Origin: Pocillopora verrucosa
Taxonomy: Eukaryota
DNA: 64,000 nucleotides
Direction of reading: 5' to 3'
NCBI RefSeq assembly: GCF_036669915.1
Contig: NC_089320.1
Coordinates: forward strand, 15,979,874 to 16,043,873
In this document: positions 12,053 to 24,180 of the stretch, piece by piece
Layout: every line of letters begins with the position of its first letter
Numbering within the stretch: position 1 is the first letter of the stretch
Made by a program: the position numbers and the translations under genes
Notes under the pieces: model-generated
Seen by the model: only the letters and a program-made list of their open reading frames with translations
What the model was told of the DNA's origin: nothing
Databases searched by the model: none

Positions 12053-13104
12053 GAGTGTGATAATGGTACTCCAAATAAAAGAGTCATTCAAAATCTGTCA
12101 GGGTGTTGTAGTAGTAGTGAAAATAAAAGAGTCGTTCCAAATCCGTCAGAGTGTAGTAGTGGAAGTGCAAATAAGAGAGTCGTTCAAAATCTGTCAGTGT
12201 GTAGTAGTAGTGCCAACAAAATAGTCGTTCGAAATCTGTCAGAGCGTAGATGTAGCAGTGCAATTGAAATGTCTTTCGAAGTCTAATAGTAGTAGTAGTG
12301 CAAGTAAAAAACTCGTTCTAAAAGTATGTCAAAGTTTCGCAGTAGTAATTTAGGTGAAAGTCATTAAAAATATTTGTCGACTGTAGAAGTAGTAGTGCAG
12401 TTGAATAGTCGGTTTAAAATTTTTCAAATTCTAGCGGTGGTAGTGCAAATTAAAGTCTTTGATAAAAATCTGTCAGTCTAGCAGTAGTAATGTAAATAAG
12501 AAAAAAGTCATTAAAAAAACCGTTAGACTAGTAGAAGAATTGCAAGTCAAAAGTCTGTCACACTGTAGAAGTAAAAAATGGAAGAGAAAAATTGTTATAT
12601 AATCTTTCAAAGGTAGAGTGTAGCTGCAGTGTTAGTAAGAGAAAGAAAAATAAACACCAAAAACGTCACAGTTTCGACTAAAGATTTATTCACATATTTT
12701 CATTTATATTTGTCAATGTCTTGAACTTCTTCCTTGTCAGAGTTCTAACCCTAAAGAGATCGAAAACAAATATTTTATTTTTGAAAGTTCACTACGATAA
12801 TTGCATGCAGAGTTTAAACCACAAATCTCACGTACGTAAAATAAATGTTTTATGTTAATTCTAGTTTCCACGCTTTTCTCGACCCTTGTGTAACCCTTTG
12901 CATTAAATTCGTAAGGAAATTGTTTAGTTTGAGTTTTGAGTGGCAGGAATTATTTTGGGCTGAAAAGTTTACCATAAAGTTAGAGAGCATTTATTTAGAG
13001 GAGAGTGGGTCGATCATAAAACGGTTGTTCAACATATGTTTTGTACATAGGTAAGGATGCAAACAGTGCATGTTTAACATTCCCAAGAGGGTGATACATG
13101 TACT

Positions 13105-13445
13105 GAGTGAACCTATTGTTTCTATCAACAATGGGAGCGAACCTACTTCTAGTGAAATTTTGCCATGTACTCTTACCAAAAGCCTCTGTGGTCTAGCGGT
13201 AGTGCACATTTAATAATTCAAATTAAACGGCGGCTGGATCCCCCCAGCCGTCGTTTAATTTAAGTTGTTAAAGCACCTCGGAGGGGCTCAGGCCCCATTG
13301 GTAAGTTTTCTTTTTCTTTTTAATCTTTAAAGAAGCAGAGTTGATTTTAAGATCTCAAAAGATATCTGCTGGAATCTTTTTTCTTGGAAAAAAAATTTCC
13401 AGACAAAAATTCTCGGAGATCTTAAAACTAAAAATATTCTGATTA
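13105..13445. repeat. Right arm of the long inverted repeat
   Basis: Reverse complement of 8583-8915. Includes CCTCTGTGGTCTAGCGGTAGTGCAC (tRNA A-box-like) and GGCTGGATCCCCCCAGCC (B-box/T-arm-like hairpin) about 43 bp apart. Confidence 0.9.
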
Positions 13446-15068
13446 CGGAGTAAAAGGAAATTTACAATTTTAAATAAACAACTGAGGATAAAATGGCTGC
13501 CGTGTCGTGCGCTTTAAGTTTTGCACAAAACCACAAAAACACGGTGGAAACAGTTACTAAACATAAATGGGAAACCATTACAGTATCTGGAGAAGGAGAG
13601 GGGTCTTTGCATTATATTCGGTAAAATTGAACATAAAAATAAGTACTGGTTTAAACAAACTTGGGCAGGGTTTACTTTTTGAAGTATTGAGAAAAACTAA
13701 TGGCTCTGCAAAATGTGCATAAAAATAAAAATATTTCTGTAAACTTAAAGAACTTGAAATAAACCTGTAATCCAACGAAATTTTGGTACTTGGAAACTAA
13801 AAGGAAATTATTTTTCCCCCACTCCCCGCCCCCGTAAAAAAAAAAAAAGAAAAAAACGGAAATCCAATCATTTCTTCGCCTTACTAAATGCAGTCACAAC
13901 TTTTACCCCGTGGTTTTCTGTTTTTGTATTTTAGCAAAATACCATTTCAGTCAGAGTATGTTATTTTTTAATTCCTTTTTTACCGTGGGAAATATTTGCT
14001 TAACCTTAACCAAATTCTTGATTCTTTAGTTAATAGCTCCTACGTTAAAGATACAGAATTTTCAACTTCACCACGATCTTGAAATAGATTTAAAAAACGG
14101 TTTTTGAAACTTTGATCAAGTGGTCAGCTGTTTAGGTTCTTAACATACAACTTCATGAAAAACTAAGCAGTCCCCATCAGGCTAAAAAGCAATCACTCCA
14201 TAAGTAAAACTGGGAAGTCCAACTCGTAAATGCATTTACGCAGTAATCATTTTGTGGATTAAAAAATTACCATTACTAAAACTTTCTCGTCAAAACTTTT
14301 TTATGGACAGTCATAAAAAATAGTCCATTGGCTATTTTATGCAACATCTACCCCGTCAGAAATTTGAAATTGGTGAAAAACTTTTGGCATCCATTCTACG
14401 GACTAAAATTTTCCTAAGACAAACTGAATGACATTATGCTTCATGCTAATTTGTTGTAGCGTGCTTCCCTTGGTAATTGTGGCTGTCCTTGGTGAGTTCT
14501 AATAACAAAGTTGAGAAATCTCCTGCGTGAGACAAATGCCTGGGTTTTTTAAGCATGATTAAACACCCACCTTTCTTTGGAAAACATTTCTCTTATAAAA
14601 AAAAATCACTTCTTTTTCAAAACTATTCACCCGACAAGTTTAATTGCAAGACAAGATATCGTTCCTTTTGTTTTCACAAGTTGAAGCATAAGTCATCATC
14701 ATTTCCTGTTTTTTGTGAAATGTGCTTCCATGAGAATTTCAGGAAAAGGTTAAAAATTAATTCTAAGCGCACACGATATTTAAAGAAAAGAAATCGCTCT
14801 AATTGGTGAAATTTCACAGGATGGTTCACAACCTGGCTCGTCTATAGATGACCCTCCCAGCGTTCTGTTTTTTTTTTTTTTTTCTGCTTGTTTCTGTTTT
14901 CGTTCGTTTACCCTTCCTAAATGTTCCATGCTTGCTAAAGAAAATGTAGTTAATATTTTGGGCCTTTCTAGGAGGAAAATGGTTCCGAAAATTTTAGAGT
15001 AAAAAAAAGCAGATAAAATAGCAACCCTCGAGGCAAGCTCAAGAGAGAGATTTAGGGAACATACCTTT

Positions 15069-15560
15069 AACTGCCGCTTATAAGTTCGAGGCTGATACAA
15101 CTTTGTAAGGATCGAGTTTTTGGAGGGCGTATATCCGAGTAGGCTCATAACCGGACTAGAAAAAGCGCTTCGAAACGAGCTACATAAGTGCTGGTCAAAA
15201 TACATTTTTTCTTTACTTCTTTTAATTAACCTCAAAAACGTCAGTATAAATCGAATTCATTTCAATAGATTGGAACATAATTAAAGGTTTAGTAAGTACA
15301 AAAGGATTTGATAATTTAAATTTATTATTCTGCAAAAAATTTCAAATTTTCTGTTAAAATTACAGGTGTAGTACTGAGTTCCTGTCTCAAAACAAGAAAA
15401 GAAAAGCTAGAGGAAGGCTTACGGACGGATATGTTTTTTTTTGTTTTCGGGCTAATGGGCCGATATCCAGTAAGGGGGGGGTGGGATATAAGTGAGGGGA
15501 GGGGTGGGGTATAAGTGAGGGGAGGGCTTTTAACTGGCGGGAGGCTTATAAGCGGCAGTT
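15069..15560. repeat. Perfect 16-bp inverted repeat pair flanking a G-rich low-complexity segment
   Basis: AACTGCCGCTTATAAG at 15069-15084 and its exact complement CTTATAAGCGGCAGTT at 15545-15560. The interior includes GGGATATAAGTGAGGGGAGGGGTGGGGTATAAGTGAGGGGAGGG. Possible small MITE. Confidence 0.55.
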
Positions 15561-18324
15561 TACGGTGTATTTCTAACGAAAGTTTTTTTTGCTCCTCGCG
15601 AAAAGTAAACAAAAAAGGGAAATTCATTTTGTTCTCTACGAAATTCTGAAAACTCGTCAGCTATCCAACAAATTCCTTTTTCCTCACCAAAAGCATTCAC
15701 AGACAATACTCCGGGAGCTTTAAACTTTTACTTTTTTCTTTTTGCAATAAAGCCATCACTTGGAGAAAATAGATGCCACATAGTGAAACTGAAAATTTGA
15801 GAAATTGTCATTTTTCCAAATAATCTCCAAAAACTATTTCTGGTTCAACAGTAAATTATTTAGATTTTAGATATATGAAAATTCACATATTTGCACTGCG
15901 GTGGAAAGATGAAAAAAGGGACCTCGCAGCTAAGAACACTACTGGAACGAGTAGTTGTAAATAGGACCTGAAAAAAATTCAGGCCCGTACGGGGGCCTGA
16001 TACGATATCTTCTGATAAAAATATAACAAATGTTATGTATTCGTTTTCAGTTGAATTGTTTTTCTTTCACTCAGATACCTGCAGGGACGCTCAGTTCATT
16101 GCATGATCTCAAACAATATTCTTCAAGGTTTAGAAAGTATATAATTTGAATCATCGCGCAGAATGCTGCTGTCTTTCGTGACATGTACTTACAGTGCCCA
16201 GTTTATCAACGGGCGGAATATCAATTTGCTTGTCTAGAACTAGTCAGCTGTGATTGGTCAACAGTTCTTTCTACTGATCCTATGTCTTCAATGATTGATT
16301 AATTGAAAATACCCAAGAAATTTAACAATTTACCACGTGTATGAACTTACTTCAGATAAAAATTACGTTTACGCTTGGTTCTACCATATATTTTAGTCAC
16401 ATCTGCGCAATTTTAAGCAAAACCTTTCCGTTTTTAATGTAACTCGGTTGAGAAATATTCCTTTTGAACTCAAAGCCTGTTAATCTAGTTTTACGAAGTT
16501 TTAAGCGGTCATTTTCCGAAGCTTTTTTAATTCCTTCAGCTCTGAAGTTCATCTGTTTCAAAATTTTCTGCCGTAAGAAAATAGTTTTGATTTTTCAGTT
16601 TTAAAACTTTTGCAACTAACCGGAATGTTCCTGGAACTTAGCAACGAGAAGCAAAAAGGTAAACACAACGCCTTGAAAACGTCCCTATATCAACTTAATA
16701 CTTTGTCATTGTTAAAATTTTTGGCCACGTTCTCCAAGTTACATTGTAATGGATTGCCTTGGTTCGTCGATGAATTCAAAGCTTCAACATCCCCCCGGGC
16801 AACTCGTTGGGTATTTGAACTTTTGAATATTGGTTAGTTCAAATTGTCGTACTCGGGATTAAAATTATGTTCAATTGCCACACTTAAGGGCCGTATTTGA
16901 AGGTCAATATTTTCGTAAAAGGCAAAATTAGCGACCGTGACTTTCTTCTTATATACCAAGCTTGAAAACCTACAAGTTGTAGACCTTTTGTTCTGAGCCA
17001 TTTACTCGCGATAGTGAACTCTTTACTTTTAAAAACCTCCATATTAGGAGATAAAACTTGTGTATTTCACTGGAAATACTTGACACTTCCGCTTCAAATT
17101 CCCCAACCCAGCCAAGCAAGGTTCAAATTCTCCGCCCATCGGGCACAGACGGCCGTCAAGTGCCCGTGGCTTGCCCTGGGGGAGGGGATGTTCAAGCTTC
17201 AAATCAATCGGGGCATCATTACATTGTAGTTGACTGCCTTAATTTACCAGAAAAACAAAACAAAACAAAAAAAAAAATTGAACAACTCACGTTTAGCTGA
17301 GTTCTTTGCTTCACTTCGTTCGTTTCATATTCTCAGTTTCCAACCCTCTATTCCATAACAGTTTTCTTGTCTGTTTCCACCTCATTATTCTGCGAATCCA
17401 ATAAGTACGTTGATTACTGACATGATAAGCCAAATAAACCAACAAATAAGAATAGAAACAAAGAAAAAACACCGCCAAATGTTTGACTATTTAATTCTTT
17501 ATCCGTGAGCTAAGCTGTCTAGTACGTTGCAAACTTGTTCTACTAATCTTGTTAGGGTCTTAATAGTTGTACTTTTAGACGGCGTCGGCTGGAAAGATTA
17601 TTCTAGAAGTCATCTGTAGGAATAGATCTTTTTTTTTCTTACAGTGTCCTTAGTGGTCTCGTCAGAGATATTCAACAAAAGCAACGAGGCTAACAACAAC
17701 CGGAAGATAGTGGCTTCCTAATCAAAGCAGTTGAAGATCTTCGTTTAAGTTCTCCAAACGTCGGTAATTTTTATTGACGACAGTTCGAACATCAGTAAGT
17801 AAGAACATCACAGTAAGTAAGAACATAAGAACATCAACATCACGTCAAACAATAAATAGTTTTCGTCTAACATTATCAAATGTGTTTCTAAGACAATTAA
17901 ACAACACTGTGCTATTCTCGCTAGGGAGAACAAGGTTTAAATTTTGCAGCATTTGTTCATGTATGGTTTATTTTTATTCTTTGCAGACTGACTGGTGAAT
18001 GTCCTTGGTACTTCAAGCAAAAATCAAACAAGAAAGACTGATCCGAGTGAAATACATAATCTATTCTAAGGTACATAATAGATGTGGCGCATTTCTTTCA
18101 AGATTTTCGTCTCTGCTCACGTTGTAATAACGTCAGTTACGGCGCCTCGCATGTTTTCAAACCTTTGTTTGGTTCTTCTGTTGCTATTTTCAAGCTTGCC
18201 TGTTCGAAATTTCACTTTTAATTAATGAAAAAAAACTAGAGAGAAGTCGCGGAGAAGGTCGGACATAGTACAATTTTGCAGATGGCGTGACAACTTTAGC
18301 TCAGCTTTTTTCTATTTAACAAAT

Positions 18325-18450
18325 AGATTCCAAGTTGCCGTGCGTCTGTTCAGTAATAGATCACAGAGGACGTCAAAATGTGGTAAGAACATCAGTGACA
18401 CACTCGGCTGCGCCTCGTGTGCCACTTTTTTGTTCTTACTACATTTTGAA
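18325..18450. repeat. Dispersed repeat family R2, copy a
   Basis: TTGCCGTGCGTCTGTTCAGTAATAGATCACAGAGGACGTCAAAATGTGGTAAGAACATCAGTGACACACTCGGCT... shares blocks with 38420-38600 and 40275-40400. Confidence 0.5.
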
Positions 18451-18815
18451 AAATCAGGAAGGAATAAGAAATAACTGCATTAACTTAGTTCTTGCTTTCT
18501 TAAATTATGACTCAAATAATTCGCAAAGTCCTTATGAAAAAGAAATGCTGCTTTCTTGTTCAAATTTTCGACGAGAGAGCCAAAGAAGTAAATTTTCCAT
18601 AAATATTTGCGTTCGACGAAGGAAAACGCATACTAATCGTGTCGTTTTTACGGAAATCACTCTCGAGGGTTTTATAAATCAGTCCTGAGGGGATCGATCG
18701 TGGTACCATGCGATTTGAGGCATTGGGCGCCATTTTGGACCGGCGGACTGGCTGTGTGGCACAAATAGCCTCGATCTCATATGCAAATGTTCTCTTGGCC
18801 GCTTTGAGCTGAAGA

Positions 18816-19769
18816 CACCGATTGCAAATATGGCGGCGAAAATGCAAGTACTTAAAGTGAAGTGAGCATATTTTTGTTCGTTCGGTGATTTGAAAATCCT
18901 TCGAAACATCTCTCCGAATTTCGATAAGCCAGGTCTATAAACATAATGTATTGTATGTATTTAGATACAAACTGTATAAAATCAGAATTTCTTTACTAAA
19001 ACCACAATAGTTTTAGAAAGTAGCAAAAGTTAACTTCAGTTTTGATGGATCCTCTTTTGAAAGACATTAGTAAGTGACCTTTCTAACATCTGCATCTACA
19101 TAATATCCTGTCTTACAACACATCGGTACACATCAATTATCGGGCATACTTCACTGGGATTTCGACAAAAGAGAAATTGGTAAAGCGCTGCTCAATATAA
19201 AAACGCTAAAAGGAAAACAGCATAAGCCACAGTTTACTAGAAGTTTAAAGGTTTATAAGACAATGCGATATTCATTACAATTGACGCATTTCCTTTGCAT
19301 AGGCCTACACATGGGACAGGAAAGCTAACATTTATAACATAACTATGTCTTGAATCGTCGCTATACCCGTATTTCTTTTACGCTTAAGTATATTTACAAG
19401 CATATCCTTGGAAAATACAGAAAAAATAAAGATCCTGCTGGCGATTGTAAGCGATTCTTGTCTCGGAACTCCTAATATAAATTTCACGATGGCGCCCGTT
19501 TACGAACATTTGCATAACAAAAGGCTTCGCAAACAAAATGGGATGAGTCTACTGACCTTGAAATGCCTCCCAAGTATTTTAAAAAAGATTGATGAGCAAT
19601 TCTTTCCGTACCTGTATGTGTGCTGTGGGAATATCTTCGAAAAACACGCTTCAAAAAATTGTAAACAACTCGAACTCGCACAGAGAAACGATTAACAGCT
19701 TTTGCCTTAGCAACAGTTGCTACCGAAAACCTCGCTTTCGTGCACACGCCGCCATATTTGGAATCGGTG
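18816..19769. repeat. 23-bp inverted repeat pair (1 mismatch) bounding a 954-bp segment
   Basis: CACCGATTGCAAATATGGCGGCG at 18816-18838 versus CGCCGCCATATTTGGAATCGGTG at 19747-19769. Each contains an ATGGCGGCG core. Confidence 0.6.
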
Positions 19770-22700
19770 CTACACTTGTACGTGAAATTGCCGCTCGAGG
19801 TGTCGTTTGAGGTGGAAAGATTGCAGCCAGCTATTCCATATTTTCGTTTTTCGATTTGTTCAATTTTGTCCTACTAGTTGTTTTGGCCACTGCCATTGTA
19901 TCAAGTACATTACTAAGATGTTTAACTATTAAACCTTATTGTTGTTTTCAACTTTGCAACTGGTTTATGACACTGACCGAAAGCACCCTACAATCCACTT
20001 TCCTTGAATATTTCTGCGCAATTAGTACAATAGAAAAATTCTTTTACTAAAGATCGAACGCACTTTACAAATCTTTGATTATTGCTAGTTTCTCACGATA
20101 AAGTATCTTTAAGCCGGCCGACTGTACCAACATCTAACACTAAAATGAATTGAAAAGCACGAAACGAAGTTAACAAAAAATCAATTTTTGAGCATACTCT
20201 TTCAGTTAGTTTAAGCCTCAAGAGCTCAGAATTAAAAAAAATTGGTTCGGAGATTGAATCGCATCACAAAGACGCAGTTGATGTCAAACTCTATTAGCAA
20301 TTTGAGAGACAATGACCAACTTCTGAACATACTGTTCACTTTGGTTGAAACCTAGCTAAGACCTCAAGCATTTTTAATGATTAGGTTCGTATATTATGCA
20401 TCAGTTGATGATAAACCTTAGCAGCAATTTGAGAAACAAGCACTGGTAAACTCATGGAACATACTTTTCCAATTTGCTTTAAGTTCTGCGAGCTCAAACG
20501 TTTCAAATAATTAGTCGCTAAGAAATTTATTGAAATCGCTTCATGTGTCAGTTGATGTTAAATTTAACAAGCAATTTGCGACACAAAAATCAATTTGGAG
20601 AATACCACCACAAAATACCACCAGAAAGTGTTAGTACTCAGGCTCGAAGATTTTTATTAAATCATGTCAAAAAAAGACTCTGTATAATTGGACGGAAAAC
20701 GCAAGAATAACTTGTCAATAAAATCTACTTTTGGAGTATACACTTTTAGTTTGGTTTAAACTTAACTTCATAACACTTAGGCTCCAAGGGTTTTCCGTTT
20801 GAATTGAAAAAAGGTTAATTCTTGTAAGAAAATGTAAGACTATTAACCTTGTCAGAGATGTAAAAAAGAATTCAGGAAAAAAAGATAATTGTAAGAGCAT
20901 ATTGATATTTTTTTTCAGTAATTTTAAAGCTCCAAGAGCTATATTGAAGGAGGTAAAAGAGTGAGAACTTACCAGACTATAACCTATCGAAGATCTAAAA
21001 CAAAATTCTATAACTTAGTCGGAGAAAAACAAAATATGACATCGTGTTTTGCCTTAAGAGCCGAGACATTCAGGCTTTAGGTTGACCGAAATTTGTCATC
21101 AAATGAACGCCCTACTTAGCATTTTATGTTGAGATATTTCGTTGACAGTGGTGAGACAAATAAAAAGTATTCATGGTAGGTTAAAATCGTTAAACGCAGA
21201 CAAACAGGCCTAGATAAATTATATTTTGCAAAAAAAGGAAGTAATCTGACCTTGTTAGGAGTTGTCATGTATTTCCTTCCTTCCTTGAAGTTGTTGATTT
21301 CGTAGTGCTCTAATTTTCTTCTTGATAATGTCCAATGGAGAAAAAAAAAGAGACAAATATATTATGAAGACTTACGCACCTGAGTGCTATTCGTTCTAAA
21401 TGATAAATGTCAACGTCTGAATTAAAAAACTCATTTATAGCCACCAAATTTTTTTGTTGACAAATTTCATGTCCTTTACTCTTACTGAACAAAGGCATTA
21501 GGGAATTTACAGGTTTCCTGACAATGCAGATTAAGGTAAGGACTACCCTCCGCGGCCTCTGTATGAAAGATGGGAACCAATTCTCTGATAAACAGATACA
21601 GAGTCTATGTTATTAGGCTTTCTCGATTACCGTCTCTCTCTGTTGGAATTGAAGGTAAAGGAAAGAACAAGTGCGTTTGAAACGCATTTCAGGTCAAAAC
21701 GCTATAATCATAAAAGCTAGTTGAAAAAATATGCACAGAAATGAAAAGAGAAATGAATAAACAAGCGGTAAGTACACAAACAATATACAAGTAGTAACAA
21801 CTTCTTGCGTTGTCACTGAAGTCATGTTCAAGAAGAGCTGTCATGGCGGTTGCTAATTAGGATTTTTCCTGCACAATGCTATGTGCATTACGCTCTTCCT
21901 TGTCACATTTAACTCTATATATTTATTTTACAATGCCCACAACGAGAAAGACGAACACTGTCTTTCTATCCACACACATTTTTCCATTTACCTGAAGAAA
22001 CGACGCGACAAAGTGAAAAGCACAAATCCTCGACATGGTATCTAGACCACTTGATCCAGCATAAAGACACTGGCAGACCTGGACAGAACAGATAGTATCC
22101 AAGGTAATAGGGTCGAAATGACGTGTTTCTTGACTCCTTAGAAGCTGAAAAAGACGCTAAAAGTTGTCGTAGTTTGCAAGCTCTTTGCACGTGCAAGACT
22201 GAACTGACCGAGCGCGGTCGTGAATATCAATTTTGAAAGTTATTTGCAATTCAAATGAGTTTTACGACTTGAAAAGGTGAGTTCAAAATAATCGACACAG
22301 TTCTTCGGTCGTATAACGAAATAGGATTCCTTGCTTTCCACTGATATTCTACTTGAAAAAGTTGAATAGGGTTGTAGTCTCAAAAATATCTTCTAAACTA
22401 AACTAAAATGAGCTTAAACTTAAAATTTTGCTTGAACAGCATTTTTAAGTCATTACAGAAGCCTATAACTTGGGCTTGCCATGACTTCCTGGTACTTTTT
22501 TTGTGTTTCTTTTCCATGGACACTGATTTCGAGTTAAAATGGTGCTGCTATTTTCCAATCTGCATCAGTGTCGACGAAACATGTTACAGACGAAGGAACT
22601 GTTTTATTCGGCTATTCGAGGCACGTATATGATTTCAATAGCGGAGCTTAAATCGAGCGTCAAGTTCAAACGCCACGAGGCCCCATACTTGTAAAAAGTA

Positions 22701-22803
22701 CTAGTTACCCATCAAAATTTGGTAGAGTATGACTGTACGACCGTACGTACAACGAGCTACTTCTAGCATACGCGGCCAACAGCATTGCGGGAACGTCTAC
22801 ACC

Positions 22804-23016
22804 AAAGCAAAGCCACTAAGAACAACTTAATCACGTTTAATTGGTTGCTGTTTATATTAGAAGTTTACCAACATATCAAAAACTTACAGACCAACTAAAA
22901 CTTACAAAGCAACTAAGAAAATAAAGCAAAGCAACCAAGAACAACCTAATCACGTTTAATTAGTTGCTGTTTATATTAGAAGTTTACCAACATTTTAAAA
23001 ACTTACAGACAAACTA
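22804..23016. repeat. Two-copy tandem duplication, period 119 bp
   Basis: AAAGCAAAGCCACTAAGAACAACTTAATCACGTTTAATTGGTTGCTGTTTATATTAGAAGTTTACCAACAT... starts at 22804 and again at 22923 with a few substitutions. Confidence 0.9.
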
Positions 23017-24002
23017 GTGATTTACAAATTTTTATTTCAAATCTCCATCATGTGTCTATACGTAAGATAATGTTCTCTGTAACATTTTCCATGTTCGCTG
23101 AAGACAGAATTGCAGTAAACATGAATATCAGTTTTTCGTATTTATGCAAAGGTTTGATTAATTTAATTTCACACCTTTGAAATTTTCAAGAAGTGCCTTG
23201 ATCTTGCTTCCCCTTAATATCCCTTTACAAAAATATTATCTTAACTGTCGATTCATCGACAATTGAGCATTAGACATGGTAGAGGACTTTCCCGTGTTGA
23301 TATAGCCTCACCTAAACGCGAGAGGAGTTGGAAGAATTCAAGAAAGTTTAGCGAATCCAAGATCCAGTCGAGGGTTTGCATAACTTTCGAAAATTTTTGT
23401 TCATGTTGCGTATTTGGATAAGGCTAAGAACAGTCCTATAATGCTTTTATGACCTATTTCTCAAAAATGTGCACAGATTTAAACGTCACAACCATGTTAT
23501 TTTTTCTCATGTTAACCCACCAATCGACAAACGAGAGCACGCGTTCTATAATCAATACACTACAATATCTAATCTCATTACGGTAGATCGTTATCATAAA
23601 GCGAAATCATTTACTCATTTATTAAAATCTTTAAATTTGTAAACATCAAGAGCACAAAAACAAGCTATCTGTTGGTCTCCTTAGCATCCGTTCTGAGTGA
23701 TGTCACGCGAGGTGTTGCGTAACATCTTGGAAAGCGGCTGCGGAGTAAGGGCCGGTTATTTCGATGAGATCCTACCCAAACCGCAGTTTTACGAAATCAG
23801 TGGGCCTCAGGGATCCCCTATGAGAGGGTTAATTAATTAAATAAATGTCTTTCCACAATTAGCTTTCGGCCCTATTGACACTGTCCACATAAAAAATGTT
23901 CGAATAAAAGGTTCGGCTAAATTGAAGATGGCTTAGATCACGGTTTTGTTAAACAACGGTTAAACTTTGTTTAAATAACCCGCCCTAAATTTTTGTTGGA
24001 TT

Positions 24003-24180
24003 TCACTGGTAGTTCTTACTGACGTATTTCCTATAAACGTCAACACTGACTGGCGATGTCCAAAAGCGACCATTTTGTCCAGCATGAACGTATGCTGTGT
24101 ACAAAGCCTCCGACGGACGGTCTATTGTGGGCAGTCTAACTTTATGATTACAGTCCGACGCAAAAGGTTTGTGTGCTTCC
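24003..24180 (-). CDS. FIG4: FIG4 exon 27 (terminal)
   Basis: Acceptor TTTAG. (W)[58 protein letters not shown], stop TGA 24003-24005. Matches track ORF 24003..24197. Confidence 0.85.

Larger units (their letters stand above)
9041..12590. repeat. Minisatellite array (44-52 bp units), degenerate at both edges and homogenised in the centre
   Basis: Consensus GTGCAAATAAGAGTCGTTCAAAATCTGTCAGTGTAGTAGTAGTA is visible directly. Edge units (9041-9780, 12060-12590) are strongly diverged copies of the same unit. Confidence 0.95.
8583..13445. mobile_element. Composite element: ~335-bp terminal inverted repeats enclosing a 3.5-kb minisatellite (MITE/foldback-like, non-coding)
   Basis: The left arm 8583-8915 is the reverse complement of the right arm 13105-13445, aligned by eye at roughly 85-90 percent identity in the core. 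The interior is 125 bp unique, the array 9041-12590, then about 515 bp unique. No credible ORF. Termini and target-site duplication are not resolved. Confidence 0.55.

Noticed and set aside
11364-12224. Track ORFs of 65-98 aa on both strands inside the array
   Set aside because: They are translations of the tandem unit (repetitive VVVV/LLLQ/YYYN peptides), occur in several frames and on both strands, and have no start context or homology.
9041-12590. Regular short repeats that could superficially suggest a CRISPR array
   Set aside because: The units are contiguous, with no unique spacers between them. The context is eukaryotic (spliced genes, SINEs, MITEs) and there are no cas genes. This is a minisatellite.
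14555-15627. Track ORFs of 84-151 aa (14555..14809+, 14780..15235-, 15325..15627-)
   Set aside because: Low-complexity or repeat-derived peptides (poly-K, PPL repeats from the G-rich segment). No splice-compatible partners and no recognisable domains.
21524-21541. ATGCAGATTAAG|GTAAGG resembling the start of a ubiquitin-like exon (MQI...)
   Set aside because: Only four codons, no downstream exon found that continues a ubiquitin fold, and the surrounding region is repeat-rich.
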